Shown: positions 1 through 11,320 of the stretch, one piece after another
How positions within the stretch are numbered: the first letter of the stretch is position 1
Layout of the letters: the number at the start of each line of letters is the position of its first letter
NCBI RefSeq assembly: GCF_010692325.1
Contig: NZ_JAAHHW010000027.1
Span: 2,640 to 66,639 of the forward strand
Origin: Moorena sp. SIO3I8
GTDB lineage: Bacteria; Cyanobacteriota; Cyanobacteriia; Cyanobacteriales; Coleofasciculaceae
Length of the DNA stretch: 64,000 bases
Reading direction: 5' to 3'
Notes under the pieces: generated by a model
Database searches by the model: none
What the model saw: only the letters and a program-made list of their open reading frames with translations
Told to the model about the DNA's origin: nothing
Translations under genes and position numbers: made by a program

Positions 1-1
1 T

Positions 2-1495
2 TATCTTCTTGAGGAAACACTGAAGGCACAAAATCGCCAACTTCAGGAACTCAATCAGCAGTTGGAAAAAATCATCTGTGATCAAGCAGCACAGATTTCA
101 GAATATACTACAGCACCAGAACAAGCTAATCAAGAGTGGCAGCATCTGAGTGCTATAAACCGTCAGCAAACTGTCCTAGTTGACGAACTGCTAGAGAACC
201 AGTATCAATTGACCCAGTTTCTAGAAAGGATGCCTGTGGGTGTGGCTGTGTTTAATGATAAGGGGGTACTAGAATTCCTCAATTATAAGGCGCGGCAGTT
301 ATTCGGTAAGGGAGTCGTGCCATTAACTACAGCTGAGCAAATGCCAGAGGTTTATCAACTTTATGTTGCCGGAACCAATCAGCTATACTTTGCTGAAAAA
401 TTAGTTGCTGTAAAGGCATTAAAAGGTGAAAACGCCACCCTGGATGATCTGGAAATCCACCAAGGAGAAAAAATTATCCCTATAGAAAGTTGGGGAACAC
501 CTATCTTTAATGAATTGAGCAACATTGCCTATGCTATCGTAGCTTTTCACGATATCACCCAACGCAAAAAAGCAGAAGCAGAACACCTACGCTTGAAGCA
601 GGAATTCTCCCAAGTCAATCAAGCTTATGCAAGCTTTGTCCCCCATCAGTTTCTCCAATTATTGAACAAACCAAGCATTACCGATGTTCAATTAGGGGAT
701 CATGTTCAGCAAGAGATGTCGGTGCTATTTTCCGATATTCGCTCCTTTAGCACCCTATCGGAAAGTATGACACCTGAGGAAAATTTTGAATTTATCAATA
801 CCTATCTTTCTCGTATGGAATCTGCCATCAATGGAAATCATGGCTTTATTGATAAATACATGGGGGATGGGATTATGGCTCTGTTTAACGAAAGTGCTAA
901 TCATGCGGTCAACGCCGGAATTGCTATGCTAAAATCCCTAGCTGACTATAATCAATCTCGGCGAAGCTCAGGACACCCAGCCATCACCGTTGGGATTGGC
1001 ATCAATACTGGTTCGTTGATGGTAGGAGCAGTGGGAGGAAAAAATCGGATGGATAGCACTGTCATCAGCGATGGGGTCAATTTAGCGTCTCGTTTAGAAG
1101 AATTAACGAAACGTTATGGGGTGCCGTTATTAATCACTCAGCATACTTATTGGAAGTTAGATAATCCCTTAGCTTATGCCATTCGCTTGATTGATCGGGT
1201 ACCAGTCAAGGGGAAATCGGAAATGGTGACAGTTTATGAAATCTTTGATGCCGATAAACCTCAACTGCGAGAAGGGAAGTTAATTACTCGCAGCAAATTT
1301 GAACAAGCCTTGGTACTTTATAATCTCCATTATTTCTCCAAGGCATCAGTTCTGTTTCAGGAGTGTCTACGCTTGAACCCAGGAGATAGTGTAGCACAAA
1401 TTTATCTTGGACAATGTCAACTTCATACTCGTCTCTCTGGAGTGACTAAAAAGATGGGTTTCAAGCCCCGTCCTTCTAGGACGGCTTTCAAGTAA
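2..1495 (+). CDS. Class III adenylate/guanylate cyclase with N-terminal coiled-coil/PAS region and C-terminal TPR-like tail (5' end outside window)
   Basis: The reading frame is open from base 2, so the gene starts upstream of the window. The motif FSDIRSFSTL...YMGDGIMALF is typical of the cyclase homology domain. Confidence 0.75.
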   Translation, partial: YLLEETLKAQNRQLQELNQQLEKIICDQAAQISEYTTAPEQANQEWQHLSAINRQQTVLVDELLENQYQLTQFLERMPVGVAVFNDKGVLEFLNYKARQLFGKGVVPLTTAEQMPEVYQLYVAGTNQLYFAEKLVAVKALKGENATLDDLEIHQGEKIIPIESWGTPIFNELSNIAYAIVAFHDITQRKKAEAEHLRLKQEFSQVNQAYASFVPHQFLQLLNKPSITDVQLGDHVQQEMSVLFSDIRSFSTLSESMTPEENFEFINTYLSRMESAINGNHGFIDKYMGDGIMALFNESANHAVNAGIAMLKSLADYNQSRRSSGHPAITVGIGINTGSLMVGAVGGKNRMDSTVISDGVNLASRLEELTKRYGVPLLITQHTYWKLDNPLAYAIRLIDRVPVKGKSEMVTVYEIFDADKPQLREGKLITRSKFEQALVLYNLHYFSKASVLFQECLRLNPGDSVAQIYLGQCQLHTRLSGVTKKMGFKPRPSRTAFK

Positions 1496-1982
1496 TGTGC
1501 TAGAATAAGAGAGTGGCCTAACACAGACAGGATTCGTCGGTACTGTCATAATTTCACGACGTAAAGCGATGTTAGCACTTGAGGCGCGAAAAACCTCATT
1601 AAAAACGTATGGATCCTAACAGATACCGACAACCAGTAAAGCAAACTTTGAAAACAAAAGTACCGTGGGGCACACGGAAACTGAGGAAACTCAACGCTTA
1701 GGGAGACAAGCCCACTGGGGTTAGTTAAATTAGGCTAGATGTTTGGTTTTTAACGGGCATTTGGCTTAAATATTGCCTTTGACGGATAGCTAATTTTAAG
1801 GCATGTCGAGGAACTAAGAATCCCCGTTCTTACTTCGGCGCGGAGTGTCAATAAAATCAAGCAACACTTAAAATCTAGTTGACAAAATTTTGATTATGAT
1901 TTAATACACAAACCTAACAACACACTGTTGTTTTCTAGTCTGCGCTTCAGTTAGAGTAAACCCCAGATAAGGCAAGGCTTTT

Positions 1983-2008
1983 AGCTAAAGGCGCGAGAAG
2001 CCTTTAGC
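1983..2008. terminator. Perfect hairpin (agctaaaggc-gcgagaa-gcctttagct) just downstream of prfA, between convergent genes
   Basis: 9-10 bp perfect inverted repeat read directly in the sequence. There is no strong U-tract. Confidence 0.35.
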
Positions 2009-2018
2009 TAACTTGGCA

Positions 2019-3131
2019 TCAAGTTAAAGATTCACCGTTGGATGTAGAAGATGCCAATTTTTCCAATTGCTCCTGCTGGTCTTGGCTAATGCAAGATTGA
2101 ATCACTCCCTCCAAGTCCCCCTCCAGCAAAGGAGCGAGGGAATAATTTTGACCCAGTCGGTGATCGGTGACCCGATTATCTTTGTAGTTGTAGGTGCGGA
2201 TTTTCTCAGAACGAGCCCCTGTACCAACTTGGGAACGCCTCATCGAGGTCACCGCTTCCTGTTGTTCCTGTAACTTGATCTCATACAGCTTAGCCCGGAG
2301 AATTTGCATGGCTCGCTCTCGGTTTTGTAGCTGAGATCGTTCTTCTGTACAAAAAATGCGAATTCCTGTAGGTTTGTGGTACAAATCAACTGCCGTTTCT
2401 ACTTTGTTTACGTTCTGACCACCAGCACCACCAGAACGGGCTGTAGAAATTTCGATCTCCTTGGGGTCTATGTCCACATCCACGTCATCAACTTCTGGCA
2501 TCACGGCTACCGTTGCTGTTGAGGTGTGAACTCTACCGCCAGCCTCAGTCACAGGTACTCGTTGGACTCGATGAACCCCAGCTTCAAACTTTAGCTTGCT
2601 GTAAACTTGCTCTCCCTGAATTTCTAATATCGCTTCTTTGAAGCCTCCCATATCCGCCAGAGACTCACTCAATAACTTTACTCGCCAGTTTTGACTTTCG
2701 GAATAGCGTGAGTACATTCGTACCAAGTCCCCTGCCCAGATACTTGCTTCATCGCCACCAGTTCCTGCCCGAATCTCTAGCATGATATTCTTTTCATCAT
2801 TCGGGTCTTTAGGCAAGAGTAATATTTTAAGTTCTCTTTCCAGGTGCTCTAGCTTGGTCTGGAGTTCCTCAACTTCCAGAGCTGCCATTTCTTGCAATTC
2901 TGGCTCACCAGTGGATTCTTTAAGGATTTGCCGTGCTCCTGCCAACTCCTCTTGGGTTTGCTTCCAGTTGTCGTAGGTAGCAACAACTCCTTCTAGGGAG
3001 GAACGAGCTTTTGCCACTCGTTGCAACTCATTGGGGTCAGTGGCGATATCTGGATCAGCCAGACGCCTTGTTAATTCATGGTAGGTTTGCTCGACAGAGT
3101 TTAGTTTTTCCAGCAGGTAGGTTTCAGCCAT
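2019..3131 (-). CDS. prfA: Peptide chain release factor 1
   Basis: GGQ motif ([16 protein letters not shown]) and the RF1-type PVT tripeptide (QRVPVTE); 370 aa. Confidence 0.9.
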   Translation of the reverse strand: MAETYLLEKLNSVEQTYHELTRRLADPDIATDPNELQRVAKARSSLEGVVATYDNWKQTQEELAGARQILKESTGEPELQEMAALEVEELQTKLEHLERELKILLLPKDPNDEKNIMLEIRAGTGGDEASIWAGDLVRMYSRYSESQNWRVKLLSESLADMGGFKEAILEIQGEQVYSKLKFEAGVHRVQRVPVTEAGGRVHTSTATVAVMPEVDDVDVDIDPKEIEISTARSGGAGGQNVNKVETAVDLYHKPTGIRIFCTEERSQLQNRERAMQILRAKLYEIKLQEQQEAVTSMRRSQVGTGARSEKIRTYNYKDNRVTDHRLGQNYSLAPLLEGDLEGVIQSCISQDQQEQLEKLASSTSNGESLT

Positions 3132-3351
3132 GGTTTATGCGATCGCTCTCTTGAAATAGCCTCAGAAGTTAGGAAGGATGAAGTATAAATTTATGAATTA
3201 TGAACTGGGAAGTATTAAGTGGGAAATTTAACTCCTAACTGTTTATCAAGTTTTTAGTCAACCTTAAGTTAGCCATCGCTAAACCCATTTCATCCTTCAT
3301 TCCTCCTGGTTCATCTTTTCTCCTTCATCCTTCACCCTTGAACGTTAGGAG

Positions 3352-3600
3352 CTATTTCTTTGTCCCATCAGAGCTAGCTGTATTTTCTGCACCATCCAGC
3401 ATCCCATATTTCCGCATAAAGCGTTCAACTCGCCCTTCCGTATCAATAATTTTCTGGGTTCCTGTGTAGAAGGGATGATTACCAGACCAAACATCTACGT
3501 GAAGTTCTGGCTGAGTTGAGCCAACGGTCATCACAACTTCCCCGTTGCAATAGACTTTGGCTTCTGGGTACCACTCTGGGTGAATATCTGGTTTTGGCAT
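3352..3600 (-). CDS. rpmE: 50S ribosomal protein L31
   Basis: 82 aa; DIHPEWY...CNGEVV...HPFYTG matches the L31 family. Confidence 0.9.
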   Translation of the reverse strand: MPKPDIHPEWYPEAKVYCNGEVVMTVGSTQPELHVDVWSGNHPFYTGTQKIIDTEGRVERFMRKYGMLDGAENTASSDGTKK

Positions 3601-3957
3601 AGTTCCTCCTTTGCTTTGTATTTTACTATATAATTAGCTAATTTTACATTGCTAATTGTTAAATTATGGTAATGATATGCGCTACACCACAGGCTAGAAG
3701 CCTGTGCCGTACGCTACTTGAGGTGCTATCAGCCCCTTAGCAGTCAGCTTTTCAATCCTGTCAAACTTAGGCATGTGGCTTAATATTGCCCATACATTAG
3801 CTATTGTGGACAACCCTTAATCAGCTAATTTATTAGCTTATTTATTATTGCTTTTAGCTAAACGTTTATTCGGAATGGCTGATAGCTAATAGCTAAGGTC
3901 TGAATGCTTACAAATTTTTAATTACCATGTTGAATTTTAAATTAGCCAGCTGATAAT

Positions 3958-4371
3958 TTATCGCTTCGAGTATTGGGGGGCTTTCCGAGCTTTTTTCAAT
4001 CCATATTTCTTGCGCTCTTTTGACCGTGGGTCACGAGTCAAGTAGCCTTCTATTTTAAGAGGTTGGCGGTTTTCTGGGTCTAGTTCGCACAAGGCTCTAG
4101 CCACCCCTAGACGCACAGCATCAGATTGTCCCGTTAAGCCACCACCGTGGGCATTGACTAGGATATCGTACTCATTTTCCAAACCTAAGGTTTCCAAAGG
4201 TGCTTTCAGGCTGGCTAGGTACATGGGGTTAAAGTTAAAGTAAGCGTCCCCTGGACGTTTATTAACAATCAACTGACCGCTACCGGGAACCAAACGCACC
4301 CTAGCAACTGATGACTTACGACGACCAGTTCCCCAGTAAACAGCGCGACCTGCTTGTTCTTCTGCTTGCAT
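3958..4371 (-). CDS. rpsI: 30S ribosomal protein S9
   Basis: [14 protein letters not shown]...[17 protein letters not shown] signature. Confidence 0.93.
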   Translation of the reverse strand: MQAEEQAGRAVYWGTGRRKSSVARVRLVPGSGQLIVNKRPGDAYFNFNPMYLASLKAPLETLGLENEYDILVNAHGGGLTGQSDAVRLGVARALCELDPENRQPLKIEGYLTRDPRSKERKKYGLKKARKAPQYSKR

Positions 4372-4376
4372 TGGTT

Positions 4377-4826
4377 TTAGCCTCCTGGAATTGTTTTAAT
4401 AGTTAGTTCTTGGGGTTGTTGTGCTTCATGGGGATGGGTCTGACCAGTGTAAACTTTCAGCTTCTTGAAAAGTTGGCGACCCAGAGAGTTTTTAGGTAGC
4501 ATACCCTTGACAGCTTTCTCGATAATTCTTTCGGGTATACGTGCTTGCAATTGGGCAAAGGTTTCTGTCTTCATACCCCCAGGACGACCGGAATGACGGC
4601 GGTATAGCTTTTGTTCGCGTTTTCTGCCAGTGACCATAACTTTTTCGGCATTGACAACAATCACAAAGTCTCCAGTATCCATGTGGGGGGTGTAAGTAGG
4701 TTTGTTTTTACCCCGCAGAATGATGGCAATTTCACTGGCTAGTCGTCCTAGACGTTGGTTGGTGGCGTCTACAACGTACCACTTTTTTTCGATTGAGTCT
4801 TGAGTTGGGATGTGGGTTTTTTCCAT
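4377..4826 (-). CDS. rplM: 50S ribosomal protein L13
   Basis: [20 protein letters not shown]... L13 signature. Confidence 0.93.
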   Translation of the reverse strand: MEKTHIPTQDSIEKKWYVVDATNQRLGRLASEIAIILRGKNKPTYTPHMDTGDFVIVVNAEKVMVTGRKREQKLYRRHSGRPGGMKTETFAQLQARIPERIIEKAVKGMLPKNSLGRQLFKKLKVYTGQTHPHEAQQPQELTIKTIPGG

Positions 4827-4842
4827 CGGTTCAATTAATATC

Positions 4843-5000
4843 AGGTTTACGGTTGGGTTGAAACGTTGTTCGCGTAGCGTGGCCTTTTGGCCAAGCTTGA
4901 CAGGTTGTTCTAGCCCAGGGATCCCTTGTCAGTTAGTAGGTTGACAGGTTAAAAGGTTGACTATTGACAGATTCAGTGACCTTCAACCTTGTTACCTGTA
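4843..5000. repeat. Copy of a dispersed MITE-like repeat family (core ttgttcgcgtagcgtggccttttggccaag plus ggttg/cttcaacc units) in the rplM-truA spacer
   Basis: Same 30-nt core as at 29705-29811 (x3) and, inverted, at 29903-29933 and 45806-45836. Confidence 0.6.
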
Positions 5001-5004
5001 ACCT

Positions 5005-5841
5005 TCAACCGGTCAATTGAGGTAGTATAAATTTGGGTTGGGTATCATACCATATTTCTGGCGGGAAGGGGCATTCTGGGTAGCCAACCCTTAGCAAGCA
5101 CAAGCCTTTGGCTGGGGAAGCGTATTTCACCTTGTCCCGCTGTTGGTTAACCCAGATGTCAGTAAACTGTTCTGGGGTTAGCTTCCCTATTCCCACTTGT
5201 ACTAGCATTCCTACCAACAGACGCACCATACCATATAGAAATCCGTTAGCTTGAATTTCTATATGAATAAATGGTCCATTGCGATAACATTCGGCTGCTT
5301 GCACATTTACCCAGGAATGCGATCGCCCCGAGTTGCTTCGGTGAAAGGCTGCCAAGTGATGCTTACCCAGCAGTGGTTTTAAGGCTGCCTGAATCAGGGA
5401 TTCATCAAGGGGAGCTTGATAATAGTGCCAACAAAAGGGTTGCACAAACAAGTTAGGGCAGGCGTCGGTATAGATTGTGTATCGATAACGACGCCAGATG
5501 GCACTAAACCGAGCATGCCAGTCTGGTGATACTAATGCTGATGCTCGGACTAAGATATCCTCTGGCAGTCTACTATTGAGTATGGCTGCCCAGCGATGGG
5601 CTGGTATGGGACCTGTGGCATTAAAATGAGCGACTTGGGCAGCAGCGTGAACCCCTGTATCAGTACGACCAGCACCATATAGGGTTATGGCTCGCTGTTG
5701 CACGGTGGACAGAACTGTTTCGATTTCCGACTGAACACTGCGATGCTTTGGTTGTCGCTGCCAGCCATAAAAGTTATTACCCAGGTATTGAATAACCAGG
5801 GCAATTCGCTGGATAGCTTTAGCATCGTTGGCAGACATCAT
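5005..5841 (-). CDS. truA: tRNA pseudouridine(38-40) synthase
   Basis: IALVIQYLGNNFYGWQRQ...GAGRTDTGVHAAAQVAHF motif with the catalytic Asp region. Confidence 0.88.
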   Translation of the reverse strand: MMSANDAKAIQRIALVIQYLGNNFYGWQRQPKHRSVQSEIETVLSTVQQRAITLYGAGRTDTGVHAAAQVAHFNATGPIPAHRWAAILNSRLPEDILVRASALVSPDWHARFSAIWRRYRYTIYTDACPNLFVQPFCWHYYQAPLDESLIQAALKPLLGKHHLAAFHRSNSGRSHSWVNVQAAECYRNGPFIHIEIQANGFLYGMVRLLVGMLVQVGIGKLTPEQFTDIWVNQQRDKVKYASPAKGLCLLRVGYPECPFPPEIWYDTQPKFILPQLTG

Positions 5842-5899
5842 GGATTAACGATTAACAATTGACATTTTTAATGGTTAATTGCTTTAATGGTTAATTGCC

Positions 5900-6250
5900 T
5901 CAGACTAGTTCAATAATAGATATTTCAGCATTATCACCACGACGCCGCACCGTGCGCAGAATTCGGGTATATCCGCCATTGCGATCGCCATATCGCTCGT
6001 TCACTCCAGCAAAGAGGGAGTGAACTAACTTTTTGTCGTAGAGATAGGCAATTGCCCTACGTCGGGATGCCAATGAACCATCCTTGGCCAGGGTAATGAT
6101 TCGCTCCACCTCCGAACGAATGGCTTTTGCCCGAGCTTTAGTGGTAGTGATTCGACCATGACGCAGTAATTCAGTGGTCAGGGATCTCATCAGAGCCCGA
6201 CGTTGATCTGCTGGCTTGCCCAGTTTTGGCACACGACGCCCGTGACGCAT
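5900..6250 (-). CDS. rplQ: 50S ribosomal protein L17
   Basis: [24 protein letters not shown]... L17 N-terminus. Confidence 0.93.
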   Translation of the reverse strand: MRHGRRVPKLGKPADQRRALMRSLTTELLRHGRITTTKARAKAIRSEVERIITLAKDGSLASRRRAIAYLYDKKLVHSLFAGVNERYGDRNGGYTRILRTVRRRGDNAEISIIELV

Positions 6251-6353
6251 TTTTTAGCTTCCTCCTTTTTTTTGAACAAGATTTGCCTTTATTCCTAGGG
6301 TTTAGACTAGCTACTTGCGTGCTTCTCCAGTCCCTTAAGTTTAATTGTTGTGG

Positions 6354-7298
6354 TTAAGTCTTAGCGGATTTTTCGTGGGGCAGTGTAATTCCTAGACGTC
6401 GTTGCAGAGCTTCAATCACTTCTTCAGCCGACTTTTGACCAAAGTTTTTGATTTCTAGGAGGTCTTCCTGACTATAATCGAGCAAATCGGATACAGAATT
6501 TATCTGTGCTCGTTTCAGGCAGTTGTAAGCCCGAACCGAGAGTTGTAATTCTTCGATCGGGATTTGGCTGGTGGGATCGTCATCATCACCATAGTCATCT
6601 TTAATAGATTCTAGATTAATCTCCTTAAGAGGATTGAACAGATCGACCAGGGTACCAGCCGCTTGAGATAGAGCTTCTTGGGGAGTTATACTACCATTGG
6701 TCCAGACCTCTAAACTTAAGCGATCCTTTTCCAGAGCACCATCAATGCGAGTATTTTCAACGCTGTAATTTACTTTAGTCACCGGCATGAACACAGAGTC
6801 AATCTGGAGGAAATCTACCGCTGTTGATTCATCATGCCCCCGTTCCACAGAGCGATATCCTGTACCTTTTTCGATGCGGAACTCCATTTCCAGCTTAGCC
6901 CCTTCTGCTAAGGTAGCAACATACTGACCTGGAGCAATAATTTCCACCTCCGAGGGCAAATCAAACTGAGCAGCTCTCACAGTGGATGGCCCAGTAATCA
7001 TCACTCGACCTATCTGAGGTTGAGAGGTGTAGCTTTTTAGGACAACTTCCTTCATATTCAGCATAATTTCCAGGACATCCTCTCTGACTCCCTCAATTGT
7101 GGCAAACTCATTGTTTACGCCAGCAATCCGGACAGCCGTCACTGCTGCCCCTTCTAGGTTGGACAGCAAAACTCGTCTGAGGGCGTTGCCAACCGTTGTG
7201 CCTTGACCACGTTCGAGAGGCTCTAGGACAAATCTGCTATACTGACTTTGGTTCTTCAGTGTTTTGGATTCTACACACTCAATCTGAAACTGCGCCAC
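6354..7298 (-). CDS. rpoA: DNA-directed RNA polymerase alpha subunit
   Basis: 314 aa; N-terminal dimerisation domain and the C-terminal CTD motif LEIKNFGQKSAEEV. Confidence 0.93.
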   Translation of the reverse strand: MAQFQIECVESKTLKNQSQYSRFVLEPLERGQGTTVGNALRRVLLSNLEGAAVTAVRIAGVNNEFATIEGVREDVLEIMLNMKEVVLKSYTSQPQIGRVMITGPSTVRAAQFDLPSEVEIIAPGQYVATLAEGAKLEMEFRIEKGTGYRSVERGHDESTAVDFLQIDSVFMPVTKVNYSVENTRIDGALEKDRLSLEVWTNGSITPQEALSQAAGTLVDLFNPLKEINLESIKDDYGDDDDPTSQIPIEELQLSVRAYNCLKRAQINSVSDLLDYSQEDLLEIKNFGQKSAEEVIEALQRRLGITLPHEKSAKT

Positions 7299-7450
7299 AG
7301 AGTGACCTCCCTCTATTCATAAGACCCCTTTAACCGAATACAGGTTGAAGGGATAGTAAGCCAAAGGGTAAAAAGGGTAAGAAGTTCCTGATGAACCTCC
7401 TCCTTTCAAGCTACTTTCCTTTCAACCTAACGGTCGCAAAAAATATACTC

Positions 7451-7843
7451 TTATACTCGACGCCGTTTGGGTGGACGGCAGCCGTTATGAGGAATTGGAG
7501 TTACATCCCTGATTAGGGTGATTTCCAGTCCGGCTCCTTGCAGGGCCCGAATAGCGGTTTCTCGACCTGCTCCTGGTCCACTCACCATCACTTCCACCTG
7601 ACGCATACCTTGGTCTATGGCTCGTCGGGCAGCACTGTCAGCAGCGGTCTGAGCAGCGAAGGGAGTTCCTTTTTTTGCCCCCTTAAATCCACTAGAGCCA
7701 GCTGAAGCCCAAGAGACTACATCCCCTTTGGTGTCAGAAATGGTAACGATAGTATTATTGAACGTAGACTGGATGTATGCTATTCCATTGGGTACATTGC
7801 GTTTCTGCTTTTTTGTACCACCTTTTTTTGTTGGTCGCGCCAT
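7451..7843 (-). CDS. rpsK: 30S ribosomal protein S11
   Basis: [18 protein letters not shown]...[13 protein letters not shown] signature. Confidence 0.93.
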   Translation of the reverse strand: MARPTKKGGTKKQKRNVPNGIAYIQSTFNNTIVTISDTKGDVVSWASAGSSGFKGAKKGTPFAAQTAADSAARRAIDQGMRQVEVMVSGPGAGRETAIRALQGAGLEITLIRDVTPIPHNGCRPPKRRRV

Positions 7844-8029
7844 GTCACTTGACTTTACTCTATGGGTGATTGATTATCTTGGGGTTGAGTAACCTGTACA
7901 ATTTTTTCGAAAGTCTTTTGTCCAAAGTCCTTTGTCCAAAGTGACTAACAGAAGGTCTCCTGGCAGTTACTTTTGACGAATGACCAATGACAAGAAAGCT
8001 GTGGTGGATAGTTGGGCTGACTAGAGCTA

Positions 8030-8413
8030 TTACTTCTTAGCCGGTGCTTTTTTCTTTCCAGCGATAGTCACTCGTCTACCGCGACGGGTACGGGCATTAG
8101 TGCGGGTTCGCTGTCCTCTCACGGGCAGTCCCATGCGATGACGACGTCCGCGATAGGTACCAATATCTACTAGGCGCTTGATGTTCATTGACTGCCAGCG
8201 CCTTAAATCCCCTTCCACCTGATAATTTTTTTCGACAGCTGCTCTGAGGGCAGCCACCTCCGCATCGGTCAAATCCTTAACCCTCGTATCTGGGTTAACT
8301 CCTGTTGCTGCTAAAATGTCTTTAGACCGCGACAGACCGATTCCATAAATGTAGGTCAGACCTATTTCTACACGTTTATCGCGAGGTAGGTCTACACTGG
8401 CAATCCGAGCCAC
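8030..8413 (-). CDS. rpsM: 30S ribosomal protein S13
   Basis: [26 protein letters not shown] signature. Confidence 0.93.
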   Translation of the reverse strand: MARIASVDLPRDKRVEIGLTYIYGIGLSRSKDILAATGVNPDTRVKDLTDAEVAALRAAVEKNYQVEGDLRRWQSMNIKRLVDIGTYRGRRHRMGLPVRGQRTRTNARTRRGRRVTIAGKKKAPAKK

Positions 8414-8484
8414 GCTTGGTTCTCCCTTGACTGAAGTTTTGTGCTACAAATTAAATGTATGGATTAAGTGTATGGATTTGAGAT

Positions 8485-8598
8485 TTATCCCTGACGCTGT
8501 TTGTGCTTGGGATTGGGGCAAATTACCATAACTCGACCGTGGCGTTTAATTACGCGGCACTTCTCACACATTTTTCGGACAGATGGTCTAACTTTCAT
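8485..8598 (-). CDS. rpmJ: 50S ribosomal protein L36
   Basis: Absent from the ORF track because it is under 60 aa. Manual minus-strand translation gives [37 protein letters not shown] (37 aa), the canonical L36 zinc ribbon. Confidence 0.88.
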   Translation of the reverse strand: MKVRPSVRKMCEKCRVIKRHGRVMVICPNPKHKQRQG

Positions 8599-8700
8599 GT
8601 CTTTTTTTTCTGGACATAATGCAGTTGGTTATTATATCTTTTTTTTTGTTGACTTGTCAAATTTAACTGATTTTTAATAAAACAGAAGTCACTGCTAGTT

Positions 8701-8925
8701 TTACTTCTTACGCAGGCGGTAGGTAATCCTACCTTTGGTTAAATCGTAGGGGGTTAGTTCAACTTTGACCCGGTCTCCAGGCAGAATTTTGATGTAATTC
8801 CGACGGATTTTACCGGAAATATGAGCTAGGACATTAAAGCCATTGTCCAAGTCAACCCGGAACATGGCATTCGGCAGGGATTCGGTCACCGTGCCTTCCA
8901 TTTCAATTAAGTCTTGTTTAGCCAA
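8701..8925 (-). CDS. infA: Translation initiation factor IF-1
   Basis: 74 aa S1-like fold; [46 protein letters not shown]. Confidence 0.93.
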   Translation of the reverse strand: MAKQDLIEMEGTVTESLPNAMFRVDLDNGFNVLAHISGKIRRNYIKILPGDRVKVELTPYDLTKGRITYRLRKK

Positions 8926-9247
8926 CGTGTTTTAACCTCAATACAACTATCCCCCTAGGTTCTAAATTTTGATTATTTAATTCAGGGAGTCTTAACATAT
9001 TTTATCAAATCCAAAATTATACCAACTAAATGACTTTGCCACCAAATTTGGAGTAGCGGGGTGAGGGAAGCATTTTTCCCGTGGGCTAGCTCAAAGCATA
9101 GGTTACACCGGTCGAACCATTATAAGAACCATTAGTCTAAATTAGTCGTATTAGGCTAATGGTATTAGCTACAATAGGGTCAGATGATGGCTGACCTGCC
9201 GGACGCAGGGGGTTTCCGCGCTTAAGCACGGGCTTAACCTAAAATCA

Positions 9248-9811
9248 TTACCCTAGAACCTGTTTAATCGATTCTGTGACTTGCTCTAAGGAGAGATCAC
9301 CATTAATAGATTTTAAAGCTGAGTGTTCTCGGTAAAATTCCACCAAAGGAGCTGTTTGATGGTTATAGACCTCAAGACGTGTGCGGATAGTTTCCTCATT
9401 ATCATCTGTACGTCCCTCCTTACGACCCCTTTCCAATAGTCTGTTGATCAAAACCTGATCTGGAACTTCCAGGTTGATGGCACCATCCAAAGTTTGGTCA
9501 AGCTCTTGCAACAGGTCATTCAAGAAATGGGCTTGGCTGACGTTACGAGGAAAACCGTCTAATATCCAACCCTTTTGAGCATCGGGTTGATTTAGGCGAT
9601 CGCGGATCAGATCTATGAGCAACTCGTCAGGCACCAATTCTCCCCTATCCATATAGGACTGAGCTTTTTGACCCAGGAGGGTTTGAGCACTAACAGCCCC
9701 TCGCAAAATTTCCCCGGTTGAAATGTGAGGAATCCCTAGTTGTTCAGCCACAATTTTGGCTTGAGTTCCTTTACCTGCTCCTGGAGGTCCTAAAAAGATT
9801 AATCTTTTCAT
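9248..9811 (-). CDS. adk: Adenylate kinase
   Basis: P-loop [10 protein letters not shown] plus the LID region. Confidence 0.93.
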   Translation of the reverse strand: MKRLIFLGPPGAGKGTQAKIVAEQLGIPHISTGEILRGAVSAQTLLGQKAQSYMDRGELVPDELLIDLIRDRLNQPDAQKGWILDGFPRNVSQAHFLNDLLQELDQTLDGAINLEVPDQVLINRLLERGRKEGRTDDNEETIRTRLEVYNHQTAPLVEFYREHSALKSINGDLSLEQVTESIKQVLG

Positions 9812-9935
9812 GTGTCATGTGTCATGGGTGATGTGTCAGTTGGTTTTTGTCCTAGGTAATGAACAAAAACCAACTGACCCGAAAATTTGAGGTTCATTCA
9901 CCGAAAAAAGCTGCTGCTTCCAAAGCCCAATGATT

Positions 9936-11276
9936 TTACTGCTTGACCATACCTTCGTAACGCTGGGAAATCACGTAGGTTTGAATTTGCTTGGCTGTAT
10001 CGATGGCAACTCCCACCAAAATCAGCAACGATGTGGCACCTAATCCTCTAAATGTGGTTACACCAGTGGCGCTTTCGACTGCAGTTGGTACTACAGCTAC
10101 CAGTCCTAGGAAAATTGCTCCTAATAAGGTCAGTCGGTTCAAAACTCTCTCTATATATTCACTGGTAGCTCTTCCTGGTCGAATACCAGGGATACTTGCC
10201 CCCATTTTCTTCAAATTCTGGGACATATCTACTGGGTTGATAATCAGGGAGGCGTAGAAGTAGCTAAAGAACAAAATCAACACTAAATAGACAGCAACAT
10301 AGACCCAAGGAGTTTGACCATTGGGGTTGAGATAATTGGCAATCTGAATTAGGACTTGATTGATTGGGGCTAACAATCCATTGCTATTTTCGCCACTAGT
10401 TATGCCAGCTAGAGATGTGGGTAGGATTAAGACGGCTGAGGCAAAGATAATTGGCATCACGCCACCTTGGTTTAGCCTTAGGGGCAAATAATTTTTCCGC
10501 TCCCGGTAAAGGCGCTTACCAACTTGACGTCTGGCAGTAATAATCGGAATGCGTCGGCTGCCTTCTTGCACAAACACAATACCGACAATCATTACTAGGA
10601 AAACTAACAGCAGCACAATTACCTTACCCACGGTTTCTCTACCACCGGTCTGAGCCAGTTCAATGGTTTGACCCAAGGTGCGGGGCAAAACAGCAACAAT
10701 ATTGACAAAAATCAACAGTGAAGCTCCGTTGCCAATGCCTCGTTCAGTAATTAACTCTGATAACCACATCACGAACATAGAGCCAGCCGTGAGGGCAAGG
10801 ACAGTTTCAAACACGAAGAATGCGCCTGGTTCAACAGCAAACCGCTGTGCCCACAACGATAAGCCAATACTTTGAATCACAGACCAGCCTAGGGCAACAT
10901 AACGGGTAATCTGACCGATTTTTCGACGCCCTGCTTCACCTTCATTTTTCTGCAAATTTTCTAAAGCAGGAATTGCTGCGGTTAGCAGTTGTAGGATAAT
11001 CGAAGCATTAATATAAGGCAAAATTCCCAAGGCAAAGATCCCTAGGGCGGAAAAACCACCACCAGAGAAAAAGTCTAAAAGACCGACAAAGGGGCTATTC
11101 TGCAGTTCTGCTGAAAATCTGGCTCGATCAATTCCTGGTACAGGAAGAAAGACACCCAAGCGGGCTAAAATCAACAAACCAACGGTGACAAGCAGCCGAC
11201 CTCTAAGGCCAGCCGCTTGAGCCATTTGCATAAACGTCTCTTGAGCAGTTGGGGCTTTGTCTCGACTGACAGTCAT
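9936..11276 (-). CDS. secY: Preprotein translocase subunit SecY
   Basis: 446 aa polytopic membrane protein with conserved SecY motifs, in the expected position between rplO and adk. Confidence 0.92.
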   Translation of the reverse strand: MTVSRDKAPTAQETFMQMAQAAGLRGRLLVTVGLLILARLGVFLPVPGIDRARFSAELQNSPFVGLLDFFSGGGFSALGIFALGILPYINASIILQLLTAAIPALENLQKNEGEAGRRKIGQITRYVALGWSVIQSIGLSLWAQRFAVEPGAFFVFETVLALTAGSMFVMWLSELITERGIGNGASLLIFVNIVAVLPRTLGQTIELAQTGGRETVGKVIVLLLVFLVMIVGIVFVQEGSRRIPIITARRQVGKRLYRERKNYLPLRLNQGGVMPIIFASAVLILPTSLAGITSGENSNGLLAPINQVLIQIANYLNPNGQTPWVYVAVYLVLILFFSYFYASLIINPVDMSQNLKKMGASIPGIRPGRATSEYIERVLNRLTLLGAIFLGLVAVVPTAVESATGVTTFRGLGATSLLILVGVAIDTAKQIQTYVISQRYEGMVKQ

Positions 11277-11320
11277 TTAAGGTACCTCTTGAAGATACAG
11301 GAGCATAAGGGCTAAAGGGG

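Noticed and set aside
2067-2976. ORFs 2067..2273(+) and 2782..2976(+) inside prfA
   Set aside because: They are antisense to a well-supported RF1 gene and have low-complexity translations, so they are spurious shadow ORFs.
9991-10875. Plus-strand ORFs inside secY
   Set aside because: Antisense shadows of secY with no motifs.
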